A stretch of DNA of 57,410 nt from a virus (IMGVR_UViG_3300015199_000003:1-57410); one strand, 5' to 3'; positions 26,976-37,314 are shown, numbered from the stretch's first letter. Notes: generated by a model not told the origin, from the letters alone. Program-made: numbers and translations.

Positions 26976-27266
26976 ATGAGCGAAGCAGTGAAGCGAATCA
27001 GCGAAGCCCTAACCGCGCAGAAGTGCGAAAAGGGATCGAGCAAGAGCTACATGCGGACCATGCCCGATGGCCGGACAGCCCATGCCGAGGAGCATCAGCA
27101 CGTCAAGCTGCTCGCGGGCGACGTTGTTGAGGCTTGCGACCTGGTTGCCGAGCCATCGCAAATTGTAAAAGACCTGCGGATGGGCAGCGCGGCCGTGCCT
27201 CAGAAAACCGTTGTGACGATCCAAGCGGACGACGCCTTCCACCTGATCGAGCATCCGACGATATGA
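26976..27266 (+). CDS. hypothetical protein
   Basis: GAGGA RBS; within the structural operon. Confidence 0.55.
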   Translation: MSEAVKRISEALTAQKCEKGSSKSYMRTMPDGRTAHAEEHQHVKLLAGDVVEACDLVAEPSQIVKDLRMGSAAVPQKTVVTIQADDAFHLIEHPTI

Positions 27267-27622
27267 GCTTGTTCAGCCGAGCCGCGACGTTCCTGAACCG
27301 GGCCATGAAGGACGCCGATCCTTGCTCGGTCAGTTACACGCGCGGCGCGACAACACTCTCGTTCACGGCCTGGATCGGCCGAACCGTCTTCGCGAGCAAC
27401 CGTCAGAATGCCGCTCGTATCGAGTTCGGAGAGATTGACTTCCTGATGGAGCCTTCCGACCTGGGCAGCTTGAGCGAGCCGACAGTCGGCGACCGCATCG
27501 CCTGCACGCTCAACGGGGTGGCCTTGACGTTTGAGATCATGCCGATTCCGGGCGAACCGGCTTGGCGTTACAGCGATCCGCAGCGGACGCGGCTTCGGGT
27601 CCATGCGAAGCGAGTGGTCTGA
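27263..27622 (+). CDS. head-tail adaptor/stopper
   Basis: Position; EPTVGDRI...WRYSDP. Confidence 0.7.
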   Translation: MSLFSRAATFLNRAMKDADPCSVSYTRGATTLSFTAWIGRTVFASNRQNAARIEFGEIDFLMEPSDLGSLSEPTVGDRIACTLNGVALTFEIMPIPGEPAWRYSDPQRTRLRVHAKRVV

Positions 27623-28104
27623 TGTCCAACGCTCGAATTGTCGAAGTGGCCGATGGCGTCGTGGCGCGGATCAACACGGTATGGGCTCCGGTTGCTCCGA
27701 ACACGGTTTCGCGTCAGTACGAATTGCCGATGCACGAAAACGACTTGATTGTCAGCGGCCGGCAAGTGTGGGTGTTTCCCGATGGATATCTGCGAATCGA
27801 GCCGGCGACTCGCGCGAGCTACCTGAACGAGTACCGCATCCGGGTCGTGATTGCCGAGCGATACGCGGACGCGGCGGGGCCAGCGCCGACGGCGTGGCTG
27901 GATGCCCGGCTGTATTTTGTGGCGTCGATGATCGTGGACGCATTGGACTATGCCGCGGCGGCAACGGGAATGCCGACCGGCCTGCTGCTCAACAATCTTT
28001 GGACGGAGTCGATCGAGGTCGTCGAAGCCTACGCGCACGACCTGCTGGCTGAAAACAAGCTGTTCTTCTCGGAAGTCATCTTTGCCTTCCGAGAGATTGC
28101 ATAA
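27622..28104 (+). CDS. tail terminator-like protein
   Basis: Position and size; translationally coupled. Confidence 0.55.
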   Translation: MSNARIVEVADGVVARINTVWAPVAPNTVSRQYELPMHENDLIVSGRQVWVFPDGYLRIEPATRASYLNEYRIRVVIAERYADAAGPAPTAWLDARLYFVASMIVDALDYAAAATGMPTGLLLNNLWTESIEVVEAYAHDLLAENKLFFSEVIFAFREIA

Positions 28105-28114
28105 GGGGTGAAAC

Positions 28115-28609
28115 ATGGCCGCCGCATCCGCCGCAAAACTCGGCATCAAGTGCAACGCCTATCGGAATACGGGCTCGTACGGCACGCCCGTCTGGTCGGC
28201 CATGACGGCAGTCGTCGATGCCTCCGTCAACCCGAGCTGGAAGGAAGGCGACTCTTCAAGCCGCGCCTCCCGTGCCGAGCTGGCGGAAGCGACGATGCTG
28301 GCTCTGGCACTCGAACTGAACGTCAAGGCTGACGACCTATTCGCCGATTACATCGCGCTCTGGAACCAATTTGCGGCGGCTACAGCCGGCGGCATGGATT
28401 TACTTGTCCTCAACGGCGATCAGGCCGTCGAAGGGGTGCGCGGTTGGCGCGCTTTCTTCCAGATCTTCGGCGCCCCGGAAGAACAGGGCAAGGATAACGT
28501 CGTCTATGACAAGTTCAGCCTGAAGCCATGCTTCAACGTCGGCGGCTACCCGAAGTACGCGGTCGTCGGCCCGGCCTCGGCAATCACATACACGGCTGTC
28601 GGTTCCTAA
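28115..28609 (+). CDS. major tail tube protein
   Basis: KLGIKCNAYRNTGSYGTPVW; position in the tail module. Confidence 0.7.
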   Translation: MAAASAAKLGIKCNAYRNTGSYGTPVWSAMTAVVDASVNPSWKEGDSSSRASRAELAEATMLALALELNVKADDLFADYIALWNQFAAATAGGMDLLVLNGDQAVEGVRGWRAFFQIFGAPEEQGKDNVVYDKFSLKPCFNVGGYPKYAVVGPASAITYTAVGS

Positions 28610-28620
28610 GCGAGTCGCGC

Positions 28621-29115
28621 GTGGCCGAATTTCGTACTCGATATGCGTTCTTCGACTCACCCGAAGTCATGGCTCGGGTGGACAAGGGGAAGCGCAAGGT
28701 CTTCTCGAAATTCGGCGCGTTCGTTCGCAGGCGCGCCAAGTCGTCGATCCGTTACAAGGCCAAAGGAATTTCCGCCCCGGGCGATCCGCCTTTCGCGCAT
28801 CGATCCAAAGGGTTCACCAAAAAGAAGTTCAGCAAGAAGACGGGCCAGACAACTCAGCAGCCGGCAAGCCCGATACGCGAACTGATTTTCTTTTCGTGGG
28901 ATGAGCGAACGAAGAGCATGGTTGTCGGGCCGATCCCTTTTCGGGGCAGCGGAGAGGGCGCGAGACGACTAGAGAAGGGCGGGACGATGACGAAACTCCG
29001 CAAGAATGGTTCGACGCGGACCCTGCACTATCGCCCGCGCCCGTTCATGAATCCAGCCTTGGAAGCCGAGAGGCCGAGCTTCGCCGATCAGCTTCGGGGC
29101 ATGATGGGGAAATAA
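28621..29115 (+). CDS. neck/tail-completion protein (HK97 gp10-like)
   Basis: FGAFVRRRAKSSI, SAPGDPP, RPRPFMNPAL. Confidence 0.75.
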   Translation: MAEFRTRYAFFDSPEVMARVDKGKRKVFSKFGAFVRRRAKSSIRYKAKGISAPGDPPFAHRSKGFTKKKFSKKTGQTTQQPASPIRELIFFSWDERTKSMVVGPIPFRGSGEGARRLEKGGTMTKLRKNGSTRTLHYRPRPFMNPALEAERPSFADQLRGMMGK

Positions 29116-29197
29116 GTGGGCCCGGTCGCAGAATGTTGCGGCGGGGACCGGGACGCATAATTCGGCGGCGCTGGATCCAAACAACAGGGAGACTCTC

Positions 29198-29665
29198 TTG
29201 GCGAAGTTCAAAGATGCAATGGGCCGGGAATGGGAACTGGCGCTCAATGTCGGCCTGCTCGGCAGGCTGCGGCGCGATGCCGACTTCGATCTGGGGAAGA
29301 ACACCAATAAAGAGCGGCTCGCCGAAACGCTGTTCGCCGATCCCGAGACCATCGTGAAGGTGCTCTGGGTGATCGTCGAAAAGCAGGCGGAAAAAGCCAG
29401 CGTCTCACCCGAAGAGTTCGGCTATGGTTTCGACGGCTCCGCAATCGAGTCGGCGGCGACAGCCTTCATGGAAGCGATCATCGATTTTTTCCACCGCCCG
29501 GCAGTAGCGAAGGCGCTGACGATGCAACTGCCGGGGATGCTGACGGAGTTCGATGCGCGGATGGTGGGAGCGACGGAGAAGGCAATCGAGAAGCTGAAGC
29601 GTTCGACCTTGAACGATTCTGCTGGCAACTCGCCGGAGTTGTCGGAGTCGATCCAAGCCCCTTGA
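29198..29665 (+). CDS. tail assembly chaperone (G-like)
   Basis: FKDAMGREW...IIDFF; upstream of the tape measure gene. Confidence 0.75.
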   Translation: MAKFKDAMGREWELALNVGLLGRLRRDADFDLGKNTNKERLAETLFADPETIVKVLWVIVEKQAEKASVSPEEFGYGFDGSAIESAATAFMEAIIDFFHRPAVAKALTMQLPGMLTEFDARMVGATEKAIEKLKRSTLNDSAGNSPELSESIQAP

Positions 29666-29943
29666 CGCTTCGGGTTCTTTGGTGGATGGCGCGTGAACGC
29701 AAACGCGTTGATGGGGAATTGGTCGCCTACGAAATCGCCTGGATCGTCCAGCTAATCACGGGCGAGCAGATCGACCCCGATGCGATCAACCCGTATCGGA
29801 CTGGCAAGCCGATCAAAAAGCGTCAGCGCTCCAGGGCTCGAATCAATGCTGAGAACAACGCGGGATGGGCTCTGATGGATCGGTTTATGGGTGGCGGACA
29901 TGCGCTGCCGGATAAGCCGGCCATTGTCGAAGCGAAAGGTTGA
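29485..29943 (+). CDS. tail assembly chaperone -1 frameshift extension (T-like)
   Basis: Slippery T TTT TTC at 29485-91; the -1 frame is open to 29943 and contains WQLAGVVGVDPSPLTLR. Confidence 0.7.
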   Translation, partial: FFPPPGSSEGADDATAGDADGVRCADGGSDGEGNREAEAFDLERFCWQLAGVVGVDPSPLTLRVLWWMARERKRVDGELVAYEIAWIVQLITGEQIDPDAINPYRTGKPIKKRQRSRARINAENNAGWALMDRFMGGGHALPDKPAIVEAKG

Positions 29944-29946
29944 CCT

Positions 29947-31860
29947 GTGGCGCTTGGATCTTCTGAAGGTGGAAGCGGAGCGTCGGCCGGGGCAGTCCGG
30001 GCGGGAGGCGCGTTCGTCGAGATTTCAGGCAGCGATTCGCTGCTCAAGTCCGCTCTCGAGTCGGCGAAGGCCCGTGTCGAAGCGTTCGGAAAACACATTC
30101 AGAGTGTCGGCAAGAGAACGGCTGCGATTGGCAGCGCGATCGCGGCGCCGCTAACGAAACAGTTCTGGGCCACGGTCAGTCACGATGCTGAGATAGACAA
30201 GTTGCAAAGGAAGTTTGGCGGCACAACTGAAGACATGTCCAAGCTCGCCTATGCCTTCAAGACAACCGGCGTCGATGTGGACGAGTTCACCAAGTTGGTT
30301 TCTCATTTGCAAAAATCCATCTCGGGAGAAGCCGCTGGCCAGGGCGGCGTTCTCGCCGAAATTGGGCTGGATGCCAAGAAACTGCTCAACATGCCGCTGG
30401 AAGAGCAAATCCTAACTATTTCCCGCGAAATGGTTAGGCTCAAGCATAGCTCCGACGCGACGGCCGACGCCATGCACCTGTTCGGCAAAACTGGCCAAGA
30501 GGCCCTTGCTCTGCTCAAAGAAGGGCCGGCCGGAATCAAGAAGCGAATGCAGGAAGCGGAAGAGATGGGGGCGGTTGTCAGCGGCGAGCATGCCAAGATG
30601 GCGAGAAACATCAAACGGACGTGGGGGCAAATTGAAAACGCTATCCATTACGCCGTGATGTCTATAGGCGAGGCCCTGCTCCCGGCAGGCGATCAGGTCG
30701 CGAATTATGCCAAGCAATTCGTTTTCATGATTCAGTCTGCGCGCGGCTGGATTCACGAACATCGGGTAATGATCCAGCTCATCGCCGCGTTTGGTGTCGG
30801 CCTCATCGTCGCCGGGACAGCGTTATCCGTGTTCGGTGGGTTGCTCTCGAAGGTGTTTTTGCCATTCACAATTGCAATCAAGATTGCCGTGGCCGCGCTG
30901 GGGTTGTTGTTCTCGCCAATTGGCCTGATAGTCGCGGCTATTGGTGGATTAACCGCTGTTTGGATTACGCAGACGGCGTCGGGACAGGCGTTCTCTGATC
31001 GCATCTGCGCGCTGTTCGGCGAGATCGCCAAGACGGCCAAGGATGCTTGGGGCGGCATCGTTGAGGCCATCAAAGCCGGCGATATGGAGCTCGCGTTTGA
31101 AATTGGCGCGAAGGGAATCCGCGTGCTCTGGCTTGAGATGGTTGGTTTTCTCGAAAAGGAGTGGAACAACTTCAAATCCGGATGGATGAAGGGGCTCGGC
31201 GAGATGGTCATTGCAGCGCGGTCGGCGCTTTTGGCGATGGCCGGCAAGGACAAGAACGACATCATGGGCGCGGTCGCCGGCGGCTATCTCGGCTTCCGGG
31301 TCGGCCGAATGTTTGGCCCAGTTGGTGCAGTCATTGGCACGGCCCTTGGCGCGGCTGGCGGAATCATAATCCAAGAAGTGGCCGCCGCCGAGGAAAAGCT
31401 GGAAGCGGAATTGAAGGCGCGCGGGCTGCAAAAGCCGGGGCCGGTCGGCGACATCGGCGGCGCGCTGAACGAATTAGAGCAGGCCAAGAAAGACCTTCAA
31501 GACGCGATCAATAAGGGGATAAGGAAGCGCGCCATGCCGCCGGGGGCGAATGCGGTCGATCCACTGGCCGCCTCGATGCTTGGCGGTGCGGGAATCTTGG
31601 TCAATAGCCGACCGAACGCGATGGCTGATCATCTGGAAATGGAGCGCAAACTGGCCGCCGCCGATCGGGCTGCGAAGACGCTGCCGATCGATTATGCGAA
31701 GGGCCTGTTCCAGTCTCCCAACTTCGCACAGGCGCTTGGGATCGGCGATCATCGCACAAAGATTCAGGAGAAGATCGCCGACAACACCGGCGAGGCTCTC
31801 ACGATTCTCCTCCAGATAGCTACAGGAATCAAGAACGTCCCGTTTGGAAAATTCAAATGA
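29947..31860 (+). CDS. tape measure protein
   Basis: AVRAGGAFVEI N-terminus, Ala/Gly-rich helical body, hydrophobic central segment. Confidence 0.9.
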   Translation: MALGSSEGGSGASAGAVRAGGAFVEISGSDSLLKSALESAKARVEAFGKHIQSVGKRTAAIGSAIAAPLTKQFWATVSHDAEIDKLQRKFGGTTEDMSKLAYAFKTTGVDVDEFTKLVSHLQKSISGEAAGQGGVLAEIGLDAKKLLNMPLEEQILTISREMVRLKHSSDATADAMHLFGKTGQEALALLKEGPAGIKKRMQEAEEMGAVVSGEHAKMARNIKRTWGQIENAIHYAVMSIGEALLPAGDQVANYAKQFVFMIQSARGWIHEHRVMIQLIAAFGVGLIVAGTALSVFGGLLSKVFLPFTIAIKIAVAALGLLFSPIGLIVAAIGGLTAVWITQTASGQAFSDRICALFGEIAKTAKDAWGGIVEAIKAGDMELAFEIGAKGIRVLWLEMVGFLEKEWNNFKSGWMKGLGEMVIAARSALLAMAGKDKNDIMGAVAGGYLGFRVGRMFGPVGAVIGTALGAAGGIIIQEVAAAEEKLEAELKARGLQKPGPVGDIGGALNELEQAKKDLQDAINKGIRKRAMPPGANAVDPLAASMLGGAGILVNSRPNAMADHLEMERKLAAADRAAKTLPIDYAKGLFQSPNFAQALGIGDHRTKIQEKIADNTGEALTILLQIATGIKNVPFGKFK

Positions 31861-32729
31861 GCATTACGGTTGTTGAAACCCCACGATCGCAAGGAGCGAG
31901 CCTCGACCCCAAAGGCGCAACGCTGACGCTCGATTTCTGGGCGCGTTCAACGTTCATCGACGACACGCCGGACAACATCTGCGCGGCTGTTTTGTCCGTT
32001 GCATCTCCCATTTATCTTGGGCTCATTCGCAAGAGCATCAAGCCTGATCCAAGCGGCGGAGGCTTCTGGACGGTCAAAGTCGAGTACGGCACGCTAGAAG
32101 GCGGGGCAATGATCGATCAGACCGGCGATCAAAAGGCGGATGTGCCAGAATTCAAAGGGCTCGACACGCTCAAGCCCGAGATTAGTTTCAGCACGTCGGG
32201 CGGTACACAGCACATTACCCAATCTTTCGAGACTAAAGAGAAGCAGGCCAGGGCGGGCTTGATCGCTCCAGACAACCAGCGCGCCATTGGCGCCACGCGG
32301 GAACATGTTGATGGGTGCGACATCGTCGTCCCGAAATTCGAGTTTTCGATCACCAAGCGCCCAGCAACTATCAATTGGGATTACGCCTACGGCCTGATGA
32401 CTCTTACCGGTCGCACCAATTTCAGAAAGTGGGGTGTGTTTGAACGTGGCGAACTGCTTTACCTCGGCTGCGATGGCAAGTTTGATGGCGACGGTATTAC
32501 CGATTTCTCTTGGCTGCTCACCCACAAGTTCGCATTTTCGAGAAACCGATCTGGTATCACGATTTGCGACGGGCTGATTGTGGCGAGTAAGCGTGGGCAC
32601 GATTATCTATGGGTTGGCTTTGCCGAAGCTGCGGACGCGGCGGCGGCCGTGACAATCCAAAGGCCGAGTTATGCCTACGTCGAACGCGTGTATGAAGAGC
32701 GCAACTTTCGATCTTATCTTGGATTCTAA
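31857..32729 (+). CDS. distal tail/baseplate protein
   Basis: Directly after the tape measure gene; KRGHDYLWV...AYVERVY. Confidence 0.65.
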   Translation: MSITVVETPRSQGASLDPKGATLTLDFWARSTFIDDTPDNICAAVLSVASPIYLGLIRKSIKPDPSGGGFWTVKVEYGTLEGGAMIDQTGDQKADVPEFKGLDTLKPEISFSTSGGTQHITQSFETKEKQARAGLIAPDNQRAIGATREHVDGCDIVVPKFEFSITKRPATINWDYAYGLMTLTGRTNFRKWGVFERGELLYLGCDGKFDGDGITDFSWLLTHKFAFSRNRSGITICDGLIVASKRGHDYLWVGFAEAADAAAAVTIQRPSYAYVERVYEERNFRSYLGF

Positions 32730-34744
32730 TGGCAGACCCCCTACAGGATGTGTCTCCTGGCCAACCGCTCGAAATCCAAGCGGCTTCGGTCAATGCTTGG
32801 AATGCAATGGCCCGCCGTCGTGCCGACGATGGCGGCGCGCAGCGCATCAACGATCCCATAACCCCGTCGCTCGAAGTCATCATCCGCAACGACACCGGCT
32901 CAAACATGCCAGCGCGTTCGGTTCTGCGCATCACCAACTGGGTAGTCACTCCCGTAACCTTTCCCTTTGAGGTCGCAGCGCGGCCGACGTTCTCCGCCGA
33001 TACGCCGGACAACGCGACGAATCTGATCGTCATCCTGCGCGACGCGATACCCGCCGGCCAACTCGGTCGAGCGATTCTCAGCGGACACGCCGTCGTCGAT
33101 GTGAAGGTCAACAGCTCGGTCCATGTCTATGCGCGGCCGATCGCTGGCGACAACACAAAATTGGAGAGCGCAACTAGCGGATCAATCCGAGTCATCAACT
33201 GGGAAACGAGTGGGGCGACGCGACGGGCGAGTGTCTGCATCCAGGACTTGCTCGGGGCGACGACGCGCGAGATGGTTTCCTGCGTCATGCCGATCTACGC
33301 GAGCGGCGGCGGGATGACCGGCATCAAAGTTGAGAAAGTGCCAGTGACAGGGATCTTCGGCAAGGCGGTCTGCTACACCAATCCAACTGATTGTTGCCCC
33401 TGCACCGATGCCGATGCCCCGCCGACGATGCCCTTCAATCTCACGTCCAGTTGCAGCGACTTGAATGGGACGAATCTCACACTCACTTACAACGCCGGGA
33501 CGAATGAATGGTTCGGCTCGGCGGTGACGGCCGGCGGAAGATCCGTCGCGGTCCATGTCACGTGGGATTCAACGAACGGCTGGCTGGCCAAAGTCTACTA
33601 CGCCGGCGTGCTGGTCAATGTGCTCAAGGGCACGCCGAGTCAATGCGCGCCGCTCATCATCGCGTGGGCGACTGGCTACGATCCCTGTTTTTCCTGTAAT
33701 GGCGGCGCGACTGGCGGGTATACGCTGAGCAGCACTACCACCAACACGCCCAATGTTACCGTTTGCTGTCCCGGCTCATCCGTGGCCAATGTGCTCTGCC
33801 TAAAGACTTCGATTGTGTCGGGCGCTTGCGCGGACCTGGCCGGCTGGAAAGACAGGCTCACCAACTCGGGCAGTCAGTGGACGACGCCAACAACGCACGC
33901 CTACTGCGTTTCGCCCTTCCATGCCGCCTGTAATGTGCTGCCCGTTTCACCCAAAATTGTTTGTGATGGAGCGACGTTCAAACTCTACTTTGCGTATGCC
34001 GGTTATCTGGACTTCTTCGTCGCCGATCTGCCAACTCTTTGCGGCGGCGGAACTGTCACGGTTGACGTGCCGTTCGATTCGTCAGGTGCGACGTTCCCGC
34101 CCGGCGTTGATACGACCTGCTGCGTTGCCACGGTTCGATTCACGATCACCAACAATCCGCTCGACTGTAATCCGTGCTGCTCTGGCGTAGTAGTCCCGGC
34201 TACCGTCTGCCTCACCGATGGAACTGGCCACAAGGGCGATTTGACCGGAGGCGGACCTTGGAGCGGCACGATCAACTCGGTGGCCTATGTGTTGAGTTGC
34301 AACGCGGCCACGGGCAATTACCAACTCACTGCGAACGGCGGTGCGCCAAGCGTTGCCATCACGACGGTCTGTAGTCCGTTCGCTCTTACTTTTGCTGGCA
34401 GCGTCTCCGTCGCGACTGGTTCGTGTACGAAAATCGCTACAGGATGCTGCGGGAGCAGCATTCCACAGACGCTATATTTCACCGGCTCTGACGGCAGCAG
34501 CGGCTCAATCGAGTGGAACGGCACGGACTGGGAAGTGACGATTGGCGCAGTCATGTATCAGCTTGTTTGCGTATTCGCGGGCGGAGTCTATACGTGGCTT
34601 TGGAATATCTTTGAGAGCGGCGTTTTGAAGTGTAAGGACTCTCCACCCGATTCGTTCAATTGCGCGACGGCGCACTTCCAATTCACGAGCGCTGGCGGCT
34701 GCCCCGCACCCTACGGCGGAGTTGTTTACACAATCACCCCATGA
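32729..34744 (+). CDS. tail tip/fibre protein with Cys-rich repeated modules
   Basis: About 33 Cys by hand count; repeated CCxxxxxPxTL/V-type modules. Confidence 0.7.
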   Translation: MADPLQDVSPGQPLEIQAASVNAWNAMARRRADDGGAQRINDPITPSLEVIIRNDTGSNMPARSVLRITNWVVTPVTFPFEVAARPTFSADTPDNATNLIVILRDAIPAGQLGRAILSGHAVVDVKVNSSVHVYARPIAGDNTKLESATSGSIRVINWETSGATRRASVCIQDLLGATTREMVSCVMPIYASGGGMTGIKVEKVPVTGIFGKAVCYTNPTDCCPCTDADAPPTMPFNLTSSCSDLNGTNLTLTYNAGTNEWFGSAVTAGGRSVAVHVTWDSTNGWLAKVYYAGVLVNVLKGTPSQCAPLIIAWATGYDPCFSCNGGATGGYTLSSTTTNTPNVTVCCPGSSVANVLCLKTSIVSGACADLAGWKDRLTNSGSQWTTPTTHAYCVSPFHAACNVLPVSPKIVCDGATFKLYFAYAGYLDFFVADLPTLCGGGTVTVDVPFDSSGATFPPGVDTTCCVATVRFTITNNPLDCNPCCSGVVVPATVCLTDGTGHKGDLTGGGPWSGTINSVAYVLSCNAATGNYQLTANGGAPSVAITTVCSPFALTFAGSVSVATGSCTKIATGCCGSSIPQTLYFTGSDGSSGSIEWNGTDWEVTIGAVMYQLVCVFAGGVYTWLWNIFESGVLKCKDSPPDSFNCATAHFQFTSAGGCPAPYGGVVYTITP

Positions 34745-35904
34745 TTCACCCCTGCACAAATGCCGGCCACGAGCCGCGCACACAGCCGGCGACATGTCAC
34801 TGGTGCGCCAAGGATCTGACCGGCGGCGCGCATCATCGCAACCTGAACCACGGCGGGGACGTTGATCCGACGTGTGCAGTCTGCCGACGTGGTGAACTCG
34901 GCCAGCAAGCCGCGCCGCCGGAAGCTGTGTGCGGCCATCGCGGCGACCTGACCGGCGACGTGGTGGAGTGCCCGACGTGTTCGGGAACGGTCAGGCTCAA
35001 GCTACGTGCTTGCACGATCCACGGGACTTGCACCGAGGCCAAGCCGGTCACCGGGCATGGATGCTGCCAAGGCTGCCCGGATCGCAAAGCCGCCGAAATC
35101 CCCCCTACGCAAGTCCAGCCCGAACCGAGATCGGCCGTAAGAAGCGATCCTGGCGCGTCAGTTGGCGTCGTCATTGGCAGCTACAAGTGGCCGGCGCTCA
35201 TCGACCTGCAAATTCGACTGATCCGCGAAACGTGCGGGCCGGTGCCGATCCTGGTGAGTGACGACTGCTCGCCGGGCTTCCCGGATTCGGACCGCTATGC
35301 GCGACTGACGGCAATCTGCGGGTCTCATCCAGACGTGATGCTTTGGCCAAACGCGGAGCGGATCGGCCACACTGGCGGCGACATCGCTGCTTATTGGAAG
35401 GGCGTCGTCTGGGGCGCTTCGCGCGGGCTCTCGGTTGTTGCCAAACTCTCACAGCGATTTTTCGTAACGCGTCCGCGATGGCTTCAGGAAGGCGCCGACG
35501 ACTTGCTGGCCAGTGGACTCCCTCTCGCAACTCAACGTTGCCGAGGCGTGGAGAACTTCGACTTGAGAACTGAGGCCGCTCTGTTCAACGTCGATCACTG
35601 GAACGGGCCTGACGTGCTCGAAAGGATCAAACCGCGTCGCTACTGGAACGATTCACCCAAGGGGCTAAGCGCTGAGACGGTCATCTATCGAGTGCTCCAG
35701 GATCTTCGTGGCGGAATCTTCTGGCCGTGGAGCTTGTTCGGGGAAGAGCGATACGCGCAGAATCCCGGCGTGCTCTGGCACACGGGCGCAAGCGTGGAAG
35801 CGTATCGAGACTTGGCGACTCGGCATGGCGTCGAACTGGACGACGGCTTCCACGTCTCGGGCTGGCAGGGTGAACTTGCAGCGGGGACATACCTGCATGG
35901 ATAG
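34741..35904 (+). CDS. Cys/His-rich N-terminus fused to a GT-A-fold glycosyltransferase-like domain
   Basis: VGVVIGSY...ILVSDDCS...NAERIGHTGGD. Confidence 0.6.
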   Translation: MIHPCTNAGHEPRTQPATCHWCAKDLTGGAHHRNLNHGGDVDPTCAVCRRGELGQQAAPPEAVCGHRGDLTGDVVECPTCSGTVRLKLRACTIHGTCTEAKPVTGHGCCQGCPDRKAAEIPPTQVQPEPRSAVRSDPGASVGVVIGSYKWPALIDLQIRLIRETCGPVPILVSDDCSPGFPDSDRYARLTAICGSHPDVMLWPNAERIGHTGGDIAAYWKGVVWGASRGLSVVAKLSQRFFVTRPRWLQEGADDLLASGLPLATQRCRGVENFDLRTEAALFNVDHWNGPDVLERIKPRRYWNDSPKGLSAETVIYRVLQDLRGGIFWPWSLFGEERYAQNPGVLWHTGASVEAYRDLATRHGVELDDGFHVSGWQGELAAGTYLHG

Positions 35905-36484
35905 GCCGACCATTAGCCTGATAATCCCGACAATCTCCCGAGCGACGCTCGCGCGCTGCCTTGTCTCCGTTCGCCAGCAGCAATGGCAGGCCGGTGATGA
36001 GGTTTTTTTGGTTGGCGACGGCGCGCAGCCCATTGCACGGGCGCTATGGGAGCAATTCGGTTTGCCCGGCCGATACCTGGAAGTGCCTGGACCGTCGAAC
36101 GATTGGGGGCACTCCGTTCGCAATGCCGTGATGCCGCAAGCCAAGGCGGACTACATCGCTGGCCTGGACGATGACGATGAATGGGTGCCCGGTGCGCTGG
36201 CGACGATTCGCGCGACCATCGCCGAGAATCCCGATCGGCCGCATATGTTTCGAATGCGCGGTGCGCCGTGTCATGGGACTGCTTGGAAGACGCGCGAGAT
36301 TGCCGAGAAGAATGTCGGTACGCCAATGTTCGTTGTTCCTGCCGCTGGTCAACGCTGGGCGCAGTACACACCCAGACACGGCGGCGACTTCAATTTCATC
36401 CACAACACGGCCGCGCTCTGGCCGGCCGATGCGCTGGTCTGGCGAGAGGAAGTCATTGCGCTGATCCGACCGACGGAGAAGTGA
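35897..36484 (+). CDS. family 2 glycosyltransferase
   Basis: ISLIIPT, RN, ADYIAGLDDDD. Confidence 0.88.
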   Translation: MDRPTISLIIPTISRATLARCLVSVRQQQWQAGDEVFLVGDGAQPIARALWEQFGLPGRYLEVPGPSNDWGHSVRNAVMPQAKADYIAGLDDDDEWVPGALATIRATIAENPDRPHMFRMRGAPCHGTAWKTREIAEKNVGTPMFVVPAAGQRWAQYTPRHGGDFNFIHNTAALWPADALVWREEVIALIRPTEK

Positions 36485-36966
36485 TGCACGCCAATTGTCT
36501 CCGAATAGCGCAAGGGTTCGCCGATCTTTACGGAGATGAGTTCCGCGGCGGGCGCATCCTGGAAGTTGGCAGTTACTACATCAACGGTTCGGCCCGTGAG
36601 ATATTCGAGCCTCTTGCGATTGAGTATGTCGGTATCGACCTTCAGCCGGGGCCGGGCGTTGACTATGTCTTCGATGCTGAGAAGCCGTTGCCGACGCCGG
36701 GCCTGTTTGATGCGGCGATTTGCCTCAACACATTAGAGCACTCACGCCGGCCTTGGCGAGTCGTTCTCTCGATCGCGGAAGCGTTGCGACCTGGCGGGCT
36801 TGTGCTGATCGTCGCGCCATGGCAATGGGCAGAACATCGCTGGCCAATCGACTGCTGGCGCATCCTTCCCGATGGAATGCGTGTGCTGTTCGAAGATGCT
36901 GGCATGGAAGTGCTTATTGCCTGCACCGACGAGAACGATTGCATCGGAGTTGGACGACAAGGTTGA
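36484..36966 (+). CDS. class I SAM-dependent methyltransferase
   Basis: ILEVGS, YVGID, NTLEH, LRPGG, HRWPIDCWR. Confidence 0.88.
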   Translation: MHANCLRIAQGFADLYGDEFRGGRILEVGSYYINGSAREIFEPLAIEYVGIDLQPGPGVDYVFDAEKPLPTPGLFDAAICLNTLEHSRRPWRVVLSIAEALRPGGLVLIVAPWQWAEHRWPIDCWRILPDGMRVLFEDAGMEVLIACTDENDCIGVGRQG

Positions 36967-37110
36967 TCCTTCACTTCCCCGAGCCGGGCGAACGAAGCCG
37001 CCCGGCTCCATCTCTCGCCCTCAAAAGCTACTACGCCGTAGTAATCGGACCCATCCAAGGCGCTTTGACAATTCCCAACTCGCGGCCGGTGGGTTAAAAG
37101 TGCAAGCGTT

Positions 37111-37314
37111 ATGGAGCCAATCGCACTAGCACTGATCGTCGGTTTTGTCGCGTTGCTTCTCGGCGCGACTGTCGGCTGGCGCGTTTGCAATTTGCGCTGG
37201 GTCGATGCGGCGAAAACGGGCAATTCCGTTCGGGTCGGACGGGAAACGTACTTCGCTCTGCGCGACGACGCTCGATACGAACCGACCGATATGAACCATC
37301 TTTCTGCAGAATGA
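37111..37314 (+). CDS. small single-TM protein
   Basis: N-terminal hydrophobic helix. Confidence 0.55.
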   Translation: MEPIALALIVGFVALLLGATVGWRVCNLRWVDAAKTGNSVRVGRETYFALRDDARYEPTDMNHLSAE

